Shown: positions 26,001-39,800, counted from the first letter of the stretch. The stretch: 64,000 nt of DNA from Botryllus schlosseri (GCA_051294905.1 CM119373.1:1242001-1306000), one strand, 5' to 3'. The notes: a model not told the origin generated them from the sequence alone. A program made the numbers and translations.

Positions 26001-28238
26001 TTCGTGACGCAATTAAAATCCCCGCATATTATCATCCGGTTTGGTATTTTTCCGAGTTTCTCGGTTAGTTCTTTGTAAAAATTTGTTTGATATGCCCCCA
26101 CATCCGCGGGTGCGTATACATTAAAAATCGTGGTGATGTCTCCGTTTTCTATGTCCTTCAGTGTTAGTGACTGGATCCTGTCCGGTACTATTATATGGCT
26201 TTCTATGTGGTATTTTTGTTCTAACTCCTTTTTAATCAGAATGCTGGTTCCCTTGAAATATAGTTTTTTTTCCCTCTTCTATGTCTGTCCATTCTTGGTT
26301 AGGTTTGGTTTGATTAGGGTAGTACCTGATGTTTTTTTGTTGTGCCCATCTGTTTATCGTCGTGTCGTCGACTCTATGGGTGTCTTGGAGACAAATGATG
26401 TCCCATTTTTCTGTTCGTGTTAAAATCTTAACTTTTTGCCAGTGTGCCTTTAGGCCATTGACATTGATTGAAAGTATAGAGGAGAACATTTGTTTGGGGT
26501 CTGGGGCAAGTTCGGCAGTCGGCTTACATCTTCACGTTGTCTGGTTCAAGAAGTTTCCTTCTCGCCGAACTTTCGGCTTGTATCGTAGGGCTTCTTTCGC
26601 TTTGACTTCTTTTGCTTGGTGAAGAAGGTGCGCTAAAGAACTCAGCTGCTGTGAAATTTCTACCTTCGAATTTCATTGTCAGTGTTGCTGTGTGGCCTGT
26701 TCGGCTTTTGATTGTTTTAGATTTCTTCTTATCTCTGTTCTTATTTTTTTTCGAGGTTTGTGTGAGTCTTCCTCACTGGTTATGATTACTGCTAATTCCT
26801 CGTCTGTCGCGTTTTCACTGCTGTTATCTTCTTCGTCTTGTTTTTGTATTATAGGTTTATGGAGGTCACTGTTATCAGGTGTCGGTGGCGATCTTAGGTT
26901 GAAAAAATCTTCGCCTTCCGACTCCTCTATAATGTCTGCCTCTTGTTCCTGTGTTTGGTTAGGACTTGTTATGTCATCTATTTGTGGCTCTGTCTCTGGT
27001 TCTTGTGTTTGGTTAGGACTTGTTATGTCCTCTATTTGTGGCTCTGTCTCTTCTTCCATGTTTTGCATTTCTGCCTCTACGTGTTTTTGTTTTTTGGGCA
27101 GTGTTCTCGAATATGCCCTTTGTTTTTTGGGCAGTGTTCTCGAATATGCCCGTATTCTTTGCACTGCACGCATGCTGTTTGATTTGGGCAGTTATCTGCG
27201 TTGTGTCCTTCCTGCAGGCATTTGAAGCATTTTTTGTTTGTGCTTCGTCTGCAGGAAGGTACACCTTACATGGTGCTTTCCTGGAATGTAGTCCCTTATG
27301 GTGATCTGCCTGTATCCATTGTGGATATTCGTTCCTCTGCGGTAGATCAACTTTATGTTTCTCACCGTTCCGCATCCCAATTGTTTGATTATTTGCTCTA
27401 TTTCTGCATTTTCTACCTCTGTAGGTACTGCCCTAATGTTTATTTGTACAGCCGGGGGCTGTGGTCTATGCAGATATAGAGTTCCGTTTTGTGTCGGGAT
27501 TCCCTGTACAGAGTTTCTCAGGAATGTTTCAATGAGGTTTTCGTAAGGAACATCTTTGTGAAATGATAAGTTATATGTCGCTCTGCCGATCTGGAAGATA
27601 GAGGCGATTCCATTCCTTTGTTCCCTCAAGAGCGGGTGGCTGATTATAGCTTCCACTATATCTGTGGCGTTGCTCTCTGGCGGCGTGATAATGTCCAGAG
27701 AGCGTGGTCTGTATCCGTATGTAATTCTCTGATTGCGTGTGTGTAAAGCACTGGCGTAAGCCATCTTACGGCTTTTGTCTTTACAGCGTTTATCAGTGGC
27801 ACAGGCTTTACAGCACAGATTGCAAGCGTCTACAGAATCGATACTGGCGTTTCCCAAGCGCGCAAGAATCGTTCGATGTCTGACGTTAGACAATCAGAAC
27901 TGAACTACTAAGGTTAAAAAGTCTCTCGTCGCCTCAAGAAAGAGGTGCGAGAGACTCTCTCTCGAGTCAAGTCTCTAAAGAAAACACTCAACGAGTCCTG
28001 ACTCGAGAGAGAGAGAGAGTCAAGACTCGAAGAGAATAGACTCACCAAGACTCGACCCACGAAGAGGAGTCAAGTCTTGGAGAGGTAGAGGTATTGAGTC
28101 TGAAGAAGACTCGAAGCGGAATCCAAACGTCGACGAAAAGAAAGAAAGAAGAAGTTAGTAGTTTGCCTAGGTAAGTTGCTACATTAAACTAAGCTTTACG
28201 GTAGCTAGGTTGCCTCAGCGGCTCCGGATCGGTCTTTA
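23075..28238 (-). mobile_element. L1/Tx1-clade LINE, near full length and degenerate: ORF1 ~27764-26500, ORF2 26489-~23075 (APE endonuclease, RT, CCHC finger)
   Basis: SINVNGL, IICLQDTH, NVYAP, ICGDFN, NWRPITLLNTDYKI, NLDQQKAF, QYADDMT, GGMGIPDI and LCGKKEDNVKHILTSC (tandemly duplicated). Many frameshifts. Confidence 0.9.
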
Positions 28239-29040
28239 TATATGTAAATAGCCGTTAGATACTCACGCGTTGCTATCTTAATACAACCAAATACTCCATG
28301 TACATTCCACTTATTTTTTTTCTTCAGCTCAGGTCGTGCCATGTTTAGCCATTCTCAATAGGTCTGAGCAGCTTTTCGGTATCGTTCGTATTTCGTTCTT
28401 CCGGTTCTCAGGCCAACAGGCCTTCATGGCAGTTTCGTCATTGCTTGTCAAGTTTATTTATTTCGGTATATATAAAAAGGCGTAAATACATAGACATTGA
28501 TATTGTATATGTATTGTTAGCGGGTGTTGGTTGGTCTCTTCTTTTGTCTTTGTCGTTTTCTTTTAGGATGACTTCTCTCAAGGCTTTCTGGAAGTAGTTC
28601 ATGTATTTCTATTCTTTTTAGAGCTGTCTTTTTTATCGTCTCAAACGTTGTTTTGACGTATTGCTCGGGGTCTTTCTGGTATTTATTTTCTACTTCAAGG
28701 TGTCTTCTATTTCTGATCACTTTATTTTTGAATATCGCTATCATGAGTGTTGTTGCTGTGTCCATTCTTCCTCTGTTTCTGCCGAGGATGCTGTCCTCGT
28801 CAAGGTTGACGTTTGTTCTTGTTGCGTCTGATAGTATGCTTTGCATCATCCTGATTATCTTTAGGGATGCTTTACAGTGATATATCAGATTTGACATTGT
28901 TCCATTCCTGGCCTTGCATTGCCTGCAGTTTGTCAGGGCTTGTTTGCCTGTTTTTAGTTGGAGGAGGCTTCCCTTTCTCCTATTTGCTCGAAAAGGTAGG
29001 CGTTGTGCGCAATTCTGTATGATGTTATTCGTTCTTCGTT
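28238..29040 (-). mobile_element. 3' end (ORF2 C-terminus and 3' UTR) of another Tx1-like LINE
   Basis: SYRIAHNA and CRQCKARNGTMSNLIYHC zinc finger in and upstream of ORF 28517-28897; abuts the 5' end of the preceding element. Confidence 0.7.
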
Positions 29041-29418
29041 AGTGACTCAAGTGCTGAAATTTGATCAACCTCGGCAGCTAGATTAAGGTCCTGATTAGTC
29101 TGTGCGGATATAGCTACTGCTGTAGTACCGGTAGTTTGCTACTCTCATTGTAGCCCGGAAGTCTGGGTGTTTAGTACCGGTAAAGTGATAACCATGTTGG
29201 GTGTTTAGTACCGGTAAAGTGATAACCATGTCAAGTTTTTCCATCCATTTGACGTGACGTAGATTTTCTCTTCGGAAATCGGCAAATATCGGTAGCCGGT
29301 TCTTATCTAGTCTCAGGTGCCTGATAATGTTTGCTTGAGGTTTATTCGGTGCCGTTGCACTGCTCTATTACTGATGTGAATGATCATGATTCCATAGCCC
29401 AGTCTACAGATTTCTACA

Positions 29419-32400
29419 ATGGCTGCGAATCGAGGAGAAAACTATTCAAAGTTGGGGAAAACATTTGATAGTGGAATTAGCTGAAAGTTATTCTAAAACT
29501 TTTGAGAGCACAGCATTAGGTGGCAAGACTAGTAAGCAAAAGGAGAACTGCTGGATTGAAATTGCGGAAAATTTCAACTCTCGGACAACTGGATGCAAGC
29601 GGACACCGCCTGCTGCAAAACCTGTGGCGTAATTTGAAGCAAGAGACCAAAAAGGATTTCGCGAAACAAAAACAATGCGCTTTCAAAACTGGAGGTGGAC
29701 CCCCACCTCCTGAGTTTAACGAGATGATGTCCAAGAAAATAGTTGGTAAGATTCTTAGTAAGATTCATATTTCATACTCATTATAGTATAGTTTGTTACA
29801 GACTCCAGTGGCTGTATCGAGCCTATAGTTGAGAACAGATATCACGAGTTAATTGAAGCAGATTATCAATCGACAATCTACTGACAATCTAATCATTCGT
29901 GCTGTCGCAGTTCTTGGGATAGATGTCACAGCCAACGACATATCCATTTCTCACCGCTTGCCTTCTAAACACCAGAGCCTACCGCCGCCAATACTGGTCC
30001 GCTTTACTTCATTGAAAATGAGGAATCTCATCCTGAAAGCACGAATCAAACTATCGAAAATTAAAGATTTTGGGATCCCAAAAATGACTTCACTGTTTAT
30101 CAATGAAAATTTGACCAAGAATGCTCGTGACCTGCTCGCCGCTGCCAAAACTTTCAAAAAGAAACACGACTATGATTATTTATGGATAAACAATGGCCGC
30201 ATATTCCTAAGAAGAGCTCCTGGTGAGGAAAAAATTCATCTTCGTTGTCAAAATGACCTTGACCAGCTGCAATAATTCCTCGCTATCATCTACTCGCAGT
30301 CTTCTCAAATCACTGCCAATATGGCGAGACGACGCTGCAAAGCTTGCTTTGAATATTGCGAATCTGATGACCCAACCCTTAAATGTGTTATCTGTAATTG
30401 CTGGTTACACCAGAGATGTGTGAGTGCTTCTAATTTTCATCCTAATAATACTACTGTCATACAGCATTATTGTAATGGTTGCCTAAACAATAATCTTGCT
30501 CTTGGTCATTCTTATGAAACATTGTGCCAAACCACTACTTCCCCTGCAGAGATCACTGATAGTAACAAATTATCAACTAAACAAGTAGAGCTTAACAACC
30601 TAAATGCATGTAAATGTATTGATTTTACAGCTGATTCTATTCAAATACCCAAGACCAACCATTTTGCTATTGGTCATGTAAACATTGTATCTTTGCAGAA
30701 AAACTTCGACAAGCTTCATGAATTTCTATGCTCACTGGATATCCCAGTTACATTACTTGCAGTCTCTGAGACCAGACTTCAGAGTGACCCAATTAGTAAC
30801 ATAAATATTGATGGCTATTCTTTTATTCATAGCCCAACCATATCCAAGGCTGGTGGAGTGGGTTTGTATATACATGATGACATAACTTACCAAGAGAATC
30901 AAGAATTTGAATTAAAAGGCTGTCAATGTGAACAGCTATGGATTGAAATTTCTGGTATACCAACCTTCCCAGACTCCATTATTGTTGGATCAATCTATAG
31001 ACACCCAAGGGATAATGTTTCCAATTTCATGGAATAATTTTCCTCGACCTTAGAGTTATTGAACAGTAAAGATAAAAAATTCATTATCACCGGTGACTTC
31101 AACATCAACCTATTAGATGCATCACCCATGGTCAGAGAATATCTAGACATGATATCAAGTCACGGCACTGCTCAAATTATAACCCATCCGACAAGAGTCA
31201 CAAGAACATCTAAAACGCTCTTGGATCATACCTATACAAATATTGCTGATCAATCAATATCCCCTTTTGTTGTGGAATGTAACTTGAGTGATCACTATCC
31301 AATATTATGTCAATTTGGATCTCGTCTTAAACGCTTGAGACCAAAGTACATGCGCAGAAATCTGCACAAAATTGACCTGACCTCCTTCTACTATGACCTT
31401 GACTGCCTGGCAGACAAACCGATGCTGTGATCCTCCATGATAACAACTTTAATGAAACATTTGATTACTTCATGAAAGAAATCTCTTGTATTGTAAACAA
31501 ACATGCACCTTTAAAAACTCTATCAAAGCGTCAACAAAGATTATCAAATAAACCTTGGTTATCTCTTGGCATACTGGTATCCATTAAGCACCGAAACAGA
31601 CTCTACAGATCACTGAAAAATAAATGGTCATAATCTAGACAATTGCAATTCAAAAAATATGCCAACTTACTCTCTCAAATCAAAACGAAAGCAAAGGAAC
31701 TATATTTTAAGAAACACTTTTCTAAACATCAAAATAATCCACGTGAAACATGGAGATCCGTAAATCGTATTGTCAACAGAAAATCCAACTCCCAGGCACC
31801 TAACAAAATAAAAGATTTTGTTTCTGATCAAATGGTCTCTGATGACTGAGATCTTTAATAGTTTCTTTTCTACCATCGGCACAAAACTCTCGGAATGTTG
31901 CTCGAATGAAGATGTCGATCACCATCATATTTTTGGAAAACGCCGAAGTTCATCATTCTATCTTCAACCAACGTCACCAAATGAAGTCATAAGTGTTCTA
32001 TCTACACTGAAAAACAATAAAGCTCAAGGTCACGATCAACTACCTGTCATTATTGTCAAACACATAGGAATTCACTTAGCAGATACCATCGCTAAATTAT
32101 TCAATTTCTCATTTTCTTCAGGGATATTTCCTGATTACTTGAAGATTGCACGTGTGATACCTGTATTTAAATGTGGGGACAAAACCAACGTAAGCAACTA
32201 TCGACCCATTTCGATATTGTCACCGTTTGCCACTCTGCTTGAGAAAATATTATTTGAGAGACTTAACAGTTATCTCAATAAAGTGAATCTCTTAAACTCA
32301 AATCAATATGGTTTTAGAAATAACCACACAACCTCTCAAGCTATATTACAGGTTACCTCAAGGATATATGAGCTCATTGACTCTAAAAATGTTGCCACTG

Positions 32401-33957
32401 GTGTGTTTTTAGATCTGAAAAAGGCATTCGACTGTGTCAATCATTCCAAACTAGTTGATAAACGTGAATTCTATGGTATACGTGGACTTGCAAAAATGTA
32501 TTTCGAATCTTACTTAAATAATAGGAAACAATTTGTTCATATTGGAACAACGCGTTCACAATTACTACCCATACAGACTGGTGTACCTCAGGGATCAGTT
32601 CTCGGGCCCCTGCTGTTCATAATTTACATCGATGATATTGGTCATTTATTTGACAATGACATTACATTGTTTGCTGATGACACCAGTCTAGTTATACCCA
32701 GTAAAAATTTATCTGATGCATTTGACAACATTAACACTAAGCTATCGACAGTGTCAAAATGGATGGCGTCTAACCAACTTCAGCTCAATGCCTCCAAAAC
32801 CAAAACTCTCGTGTTTCATACACAAGTGAATCGCAGTGGAATTATAGCAAATAACGCACATCTTGATACACATAAAACTGTTAGATATCTTGGCATTATC
32901 ATTGATGATAAACTCGGATGGTCTGATCATATCAACAATATAAAAACTAAAATCTCGCGTGGTGTCGGGGCTCTCTATCGCCTTAAAAATTTAATTCCTC
33001 ATCAAACTCTCAGATCAGTCTACTATGCCTTAATTCACTGCTATCTCATTTATGGGATCCTAGTTTGGGGACCTGCTGCGAAAAAACATCTGCAGAAATT
33101 GCAAGTCTTGCAAAACCGAGCCATACGAATTCTCTGTCGGAAATCTAGATATGAGAACTGTAATAGCATGTATCGTAGCGTTAGAATATTGAAAGTGGAA
33201 GATATTTTCAAATTTGAGGTAATGAAATTCATGCATAGCTATCATCAGGGTGAACTGCCACTATATTTTGATAATCTGTTCAAGATACCTTCAGATACCC
33301 ACCAACATCATACCAGATTTTCTTCTAACTTGTCTCTGTCTGTGCAACACCACTCTACCAGTCTAGTACAAAATTCAATCAGTTTTATTGGTGTCAATGT
33401 TTGGAATAAGCTGTCACCTAATCTCCGCAATTTAGACTCTTATGCTTTTAAAAAACAATGTTTTCATTCTCTTATCTCTAACTACCGGTAAATTGTATTT
33501 GCGTTGTATTTCAAATTGGTCCATGATACTGTGTCTTATTTTTCCTTTCGTTCGTTAGTTTATTTTTTCATTAGTTATCGACTGTGAAAATTGCTCCTGT
33601 CCCGGGTGGCTCTGCTCTGAAGACTATGTCATATCGAGCCTCCCGTCTACCTTACATGTCTCATTTCACTGTTACATTTTTGTAGTGTTATGTTGATATG
33701 TAATGTATACGAATAAAGATTCTCTCTCTCTCTCTCTCTACAGCTGACAGGTGATATGAAAGCTTACCTATAACTACGTCCCATAGTAAATGTTTATTCT
33801 GGATCTAGCCCAAACAGATCTAGAAAGTGTGGGATGTGCTTTCCAGAGAACGATATGACGAAGTTATATTGCTGTTCATTGCCAGGCATCATTCCGTCAC
33901 AGATAGAACCACTGCAAAATCCGTATGACTTTGATGCAGAGAAGGTACCGGAATTCG
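29419..33957 (+). pseudogene. Myb/SANT-like DNA-binding protein gene (Harbinger ORF2/MSANTD type); exons 29419-29745 and 33886-33957, LINE in intron
   Basis: MAANRGENYS...KENCWIEIAENFNS...LWRNLK...FKTGGGPP splices in phase to GIIPSQIEPLQNPYDFDA. Frameshifts in exon 1. Confidence 0.7.
29853..33739 (+). mobile_element. CR1/L2-group (Crack-like) LINE, 5'-truncated: ORF1 C-terminus 29853-30275, ORF2 30321-33491 (PHD-like finger, APE, RT)
   Basis: ORF1 HRLP...PILVRF...INENLT...YLWINNGRI. ORF2 CKAC...CVIC..WLHQRC, AVSETRL, IYRHP, GDFNI, SDHYP, YRPISIL, DLKKAFD, GVPQGSVLGP, FADDT. 3' aataaagat(tc)n. A few stops and frameshifts. Confidence 0.93.
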
Positions 33958-35196
33958 GTAATGAGCCCGACAAGCAGGATCAACTTATTGACATATTATT
34001 ATTCAGTGGGTATTCGGTTCACATATGTGATAAATGTTTACATTGATATTTACCAATTGTTTTGCAGCATAAATACCATATGCTGAACCAATAGGTGAGC
34101 AATGAGCAGAGGCATTTTAGTTACAATTGGAATAGTTACTGCCACATCCTTATGATCTAAGCAGGTTACAGTATAGATAACTAACCTACGGATAGATGGG
34201 CAACACGTGCTTCATGGTCGAGAGACCGGATGCTCGTCAGATTTGTTGTCGCTTCGTAGCATGAAGCGGCAGGTTGTCGGCCAGATTGACTGTTTAAAAT
34301 GAAGGTATGTTTGGTGCAGATAGGATATAGAGCAATCAGATGAAAGATCCCAATTTGTAGATCTGTTCTCTACCACGCAAGTCGAAAAATGTCACAATTT
34401 TCAACGTTTACTTCCTCTTTCGAATGATGATTCCGGAACATGTAATTGACGGACCTGCGGGGCTCGTGCATGTTCGGACTAAACTCACTACAGCCTTACG
34501 GAGAAAATCTGTTTTTGGTCCGAAAGTGCATGAGTCCCGCAGCTATTCGCTTTGTAGTGGTTTGAACGTTCGTCGCGAAAGGGTGCCTGGCGGGCCACGC
34601 AATAAAACTTGGATGGAAAGTGGTTGAGAAGCACTGGTCTAGATGACGCGCTTGCAATCATTCACTGGGTGGAGATGTGACCGTTTTTCATGCCAAATGA
34701 ATGCCAGTTAGTCAACGGGTGTATCGAGTCATAAAGTTGGAAATTGGTTGAAAGGGATGGGAGCAGCTGGTACATCTGATTTTGTTCTGATGATGGAAAG
34801 GTATGAGTAATGAATTTTCACTTATATAACAAGGGGCTTGATTTTATGACCTAAACAGATGGTTCAATATCGTCACATGCCGCATTAGTTATCCGATATG
34901 CAGCCTGGACGATGAAAGAATTGCATGGCTGAGAGAATTTGCGAATCGATTATTGAGTTGGAAGGTCAGTTCCTCATAGTTATTATTATTCAAAGTATGT
35001 TCGGAGGTATTTTCGGGTTATCATGTAATTTTTTTAGAAATATGCTGAAAGCCGTGGTGAGCCAAAACGAATGATGGTAAAACCCACGATGGAATGCCTA
35101 ATTTTCACGTCACGTAATATGGTGGGTCCATGTGATCGTCTCCTCAAAGAAATGTCCAAGTTGGCCCTTGGAACGATCACGAAAGATGCGCTAGAG

Positions 35197-36642
35197 CAGG
35201 GGTGTCAAACTCAAATTATGTCGCGGGCCGGATTCAGACCTTCAAATCGCTCGCGGGCCGGACCAGCCAACTGATTCCAAAATGATAGGCCTACCTCATG
35301 TTCTTGCTTTTCACCTAAATACTTCATTATCTTATATAGATAATAATTGTATATTACATTGTATCACGGTTCAAATAGGTTTTATTGTAGATAGCAAGTA
35401 GCAACAATTACCTTTATTCGCGAACAATGGAATTGGCTAAATGCGATGATTGACCGATTGCATGCAGTTATGAACGAAGAGACTCTTTGGGGTACAGAAC
35501 TTTAATATACATTTTAATAATATATTCATATTAAAACCCGAAGCAACATGTCCCTAGCGTTATTAGATCACGCATATTGGACTCTCGCGAAGACGCAGCC
35601 GTAACTGATCTCCGAATACTAGAACGTAATCAGGCCATGGCTATGAACTCTGCCATCGGCAAGCATTTGGCTGAGAATGCAACTTGCGCTAAAAACTATC
35701 GCGATGAAAGATTTTCGATATTAGGTAGAGGCCGCACTCATTTCCATCTGTCTGCACTGGAATCGACTTATATTAAAATCCACCGACCGCGCTTGTGTCA
35801 GCAGAAGGAATTTGTAGTGAATCTAAAAATTGTCCACTAGCTGCGCTCGCGGTTTGCCTGTATTTCATGTTGTTTGTTTCTATGACGTCATAATTGGTTG
35901 TATGCAATGTAGCTAGATGCATGTTTTTGAAATTCTCCATTTGCTGACGATTGCCCTTGAGAAGTGTCAGCTCGAAAAGCTTCGGGTTTTAATATGAATA
36001 TATTATTAAAAGTTATGAACGACTAAAACAGTAGCGCTAATTACGATATGACTTGGCCTATTTCTATACTCCTATTGCTTTAGTCGTAATCTGGCTTTAG
36101 GCCTGCACATGCGTTGTGAGGAACAGATTTAACAGTGGACGCGGACGTTTGAATTTGGTTTATCATTAATAAATATCGATTCTGGTTTATCTGGAGTCCA
36201 AGAACCTTCCGAGTCGGAAGTGACACAGTATAGTGAGGCCATAGATATTTGAATTATTTGTGTGTAAGTAATATATTCTCCATGTAAACTGCATATAACG
36301 GTTCCGCATGGGCGATTTCGCTTCTGCAAACACATACTTTTTGATCCATATTCCCATAAAACTCTGAACACAATGTGTACTTTTGCCTTCTCGAAACTTG
36401 TGAAACCACAACACCGCAATTGGGCGGTTATAACGTGGCCTATGAACATTGAACATGCTCGACATTTGCTGTCCTAAGGGGTTATTTAATGAAAGTATAA
36501 CCTACAATAAAATATCAACATTAGTTGCAAATGTGCTGTAAACTATACTCAGTTTTCAATCTACTCAGAATTGCTTTGCGGGCCGGATGAAATGGTCTGG
36601 CGGGCCGGATGCGGCCCGCGGGCCGTATGTTTGACACCCCTG
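35197..36642. mobile_element. hAT (Charlie/Buster-type) non-autonomous element inserted right after the catalytic Glu codon of P2
   Basis: TIRs caggggtgtcaaac / gtttgacacccctg, gcgggccg subterminal motifs, TSD cgctagag / cactagag (7/8). Confidence 0.88.
35478..36010 (+). mobile_element. Penelope-like element 3' fragment (GIY-YIG C-terminus) with an inverted copy of its 3' end
   Basis: SAIGKHL...FSILGRGRT...LESTYIK..RPRLCQQK. ttttaataatatattcatattaaaacccgaagc (~35512-35545) is the reverse complement of ~35979-36011. Flanking direct repeat agttatgaacga. Confidence 0.75.
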
Positions 36643-37106
36643 CACTAGAGGCATTTTTTGGAAATTTAGTAAGATACTTGAACGTAATATGGCGTTAGAT
36701 TAATGACTGGGATTGTGATTGCAGAGACAAATAGGGAGAAGACGAACAAATCTGGATATTTCACAGCTAGCGTACGACATCCATCATGTCACCCAATCAA
36801 AGGCAATGAAAAGATCAGCAAAGCCATACGATGCATCCCCAATAGCCAAGCGAAAGTCGAGTGAATAATATATATATTATAATATTAAATATTGAAAATA
36901 ATAAATACTGAGGATATATGTGTCAGTTTGATTTGTCATCATTGCGAAGGGGACTGCCAGCTGATATTGGAAAAAAGCCAACACACCAACGTCAAGGTTT
37001 CAGCCATAGTGTTGGTTTACCTCTTTACATAGGAGGAATCTTTGCATGGCTAGGCAGTATCAACATGCAAAGCAAGAAGACTATGTTGCTCAAGAACGGG
37101 ATGATT

Positions 37107-37990
37107 TTATGACAGCTGACTTCGAAGTGAAATAGCTCCTGTTGTGACTCGTTGATGCATCCTCTCAAACAACTTCTTAGCAAAGCCGTGAGAAAACAGC
37201 CGTACCATTAGCGTTGTGACGTAAATGAAAAGTTCCTTAACAGTCGACTCATCAGCAGCATCAACGCACATGTCAGAAACTGTCTGAACGATTCGCCACA
37301 AAGTACTTCATCCGTCACTGCCCGGCAATCTATCTTATTGGCAGTTCTGCCTGCTTCCCTGGATAACTTCAAATATACCTACTGAACGAAGTACACATAA
37401 TCCTCAGAAGGATAAAGTATGGAGTTATCATTAAGGGACCCTTGTGGCTTCTCACTACACATCTGTTCGACTATCACTAAACCTAGTGGAAATCTTGCAT
37501 GAGCCTTTTTCAGTAGTTTTCAAATTGTCCAATTTCTCCTCCAACCAAGTTTTTTTCTTTTCTCGTATCACCAATTTCTGCAATTTTACGCATAACCTCG
37601 AGCAACAATCTTGCTGGCCGATGATCTGATGTTAACCTGTCGAAGTATTTATCTGCCTGGAGGCACTCTGTTGGGTACAGAGTGATAATTGATCCAGAAT
37701 TTGTGGCGGTAATCCGATATGAACTGCTTTACTTTATCCTGCCCATATGGTGTTAAAACAACGTTCTCATCGAGAGCCTCCATAATTTGCCCTGGTATTA
37801 TATCACAATATGGCTTGCTTGCATCCGACATATGTCCCGGTGTAACACCGCCACAAGTTCTGCTTCCTTTCGAACACTTCGGAGTATTGCTGCTGTCAAT
37901 AGAATTGTCATCCATATCTACATACAGTAACTCACGGATGATATCCTCAGTCAGTAATTCGAAATCAAATTCCTCTATCTTAATTATGCC
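37107..37990 (-). pseudogene. Convergent partner gene of P2 (P-transposase C-terminal-domain-like)
   Basis: Splice acceptor near 37990, then IIKIEEFDFELLTEDIIRELLYVDM...RLLLEVMRKIA...ILYPSEDYVYFVQ...RLFSHGFAKKLFERMHQRVTTGAISLRSQLS*. Frameshifted. Confidence 0.75.
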
Positions 37991-39474
37991 TGAATTATGA
38001 AAACGTCTTCTCTTTATTCATCAATACATACCAAAACCTATCTATGACCATACAAACCAAAATAGTTCAAAGAAACCTCAGCCGAAGTCAATATTGAAAC
38101 CAATTAATAATAGAGTGAATATCATATCATGACTTCTTTTGGTCATGAAATATCCTCCTGATATTAATGCATTGATAGCCGCGCCATCAAGAGGCGATAT
38201 ACGAAAGAGTTTGTAGCTGCTTCTTTCTAGAGTGCATCACTACACTAAAGAATAATCGAATCTCTTATGATGAATCTCTTACTACGACACATACTGTTTT
38301 CTTCTTGCCGAGGGCAAAGTTCGCAGCAAAAATCTATTCAGTAGCTTACGGACAGGAAAGAACCATTGTATGACCTTAATAGCTTTCAGCAACAAAATAT
38401 ATCAAAAATAATGGAATCAGTCGACTGAAATAAAGGAGATCAACAGGATCAATTAGTCGACCCTAGCAAATTACCGTATCATGTAGCCAGCCACGTCCAT
38501 TCAAAATCAGCTGGTCGCGTGTAAATTAAGGTAGCCGATTCACGACAGCTTCATGCGCCAACGTCCAAAGTGAATTTATTTCTAAACTGAGTATTATCAT
38601 CAGTACGATAATTATCACCCTTTATGAAATATACCTCTGGTTTTGAATGGAAGTATCTGAATCGTTATCTTTTTTTATTTTGTGGCATTTTCGTCCACAG
38701 AATTTTCAAATATATCTCTTGCGACAATGGGGCAACATTCCGATTTGTCATAGCATGAATCAACAGATAACGGAATCAACCTGCGACGGAAGAGTCACAG
38801 AATCAGTAGCAATAATGAGAGTGGTAGGTACATTACTACCACTCGCATTTGCAGCACTTGATGCTTTAACATGGTCGATGACAATGGGCAGAATAGTGGT
38901 ATTTTCAACAATTCGTGACGCCGTCGCAGAACTGGCAGACCGGTCGTAAAATGAGCTAGTAGTAACATTTCCGTTTTTTTCAACTCCATCATCTGAATAA
39001 CAAAAACAATAAATATACCGGAAAATAAATATTTGACTTTTAATGCTGAAACAAAGTCACAGAATTTGCAGCTTCTACCTTTCATTGCCAGCATCGCACG
39101 GCCATCATCAACGAGAACAACACACCCGGAGGAAAGTATTTTTTAGCTAGTGCTATTCTATATGTGGCATACATTTCACTGACCGGTGTCGTGCCATCAT
39201 ATACTCCGGTTCCATGCACGGCACAAAGGCCATGACGCATGCGTTGTAGATGTCGGTCGTGTTTCCACTTTCCATGACCAGACGTAACCCGATCATGACT
39301 TAGCCGAACTAGGTGGCGAAGCGTTCGCGATGACGTCTTTGGCATACTTGAGGCCGTATCAGACGAGGCAATGTCGGCGGATCGTTAGTGTATGTTTTAT
39401 CATCGCTGAAATTGCCGGCGATTTTATTTGGCAATGTCAATCAACTCGGCGCCGTCGCCGGCGATGAGAGAAGT

Positions 39475-39800
39475 CCCAGCAAACACATAATTGCCGAGGG
39501 CTATCCAAGCAGTGTCCGATTGGACAGACGTGGGCACTTGGCTATCCATGGTCGTAAATGTCCGGTTCGGATATCCTGGGACATACGTACAGATATACAT
39601 TCGGAATAGTCCACTAAAAAGTCAACCTCTCTAGTTATTGCTGATAAGTGCACATATTTCATCCTTTCAAATTATTTCAAGAATACAGTTCGAAGGAAAA
39701 TCACACATTTACACACTTGTATTCGGGATAGTCCACTGAAAGTACGAATCAGAATTCCAATGGATATCATATTCGGACAGTGTGAGGATAGTTCCATTTT
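39475..39800 (+). mobile_element. Single terminus of an EnSpm/CACTA-like element
   Basis: cccagcaaacac terminus identical to 44360, followed by ggatagtcc-type subterminal repeats. No partner end found. Confidence 0.5.

Larger units (their letters stand above)
34700..36867 (+). pseudogene. P-element-type transposase C-terminal exons (locus P2)
   Basis: GAAGTSDFVLMMER / WFNIVTCR...LLSWK / ...ECLIFTSRN...TKDALE [insertion] AFFGNL / RQIGRRRTN...PIAKRKSSE*. Intron positions after WK and FGNL match P1 and P3. Confidence 0.82.

Noticed and set aside
23516..27479. Hydrophobic + strand ORFs as membrane proteins
   Set aside because: They are antisense shadows of the A-rich Tx1 LINE coding strand.
36918..37112. 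Small conserved peptide KPTHQRQGFS..VGLP shared with 41391-41594
   Set aside because: The second copy frameshifts in a T run and has no shared start, so conservation is better explained as non-coding hairpins. Not fully excluded.
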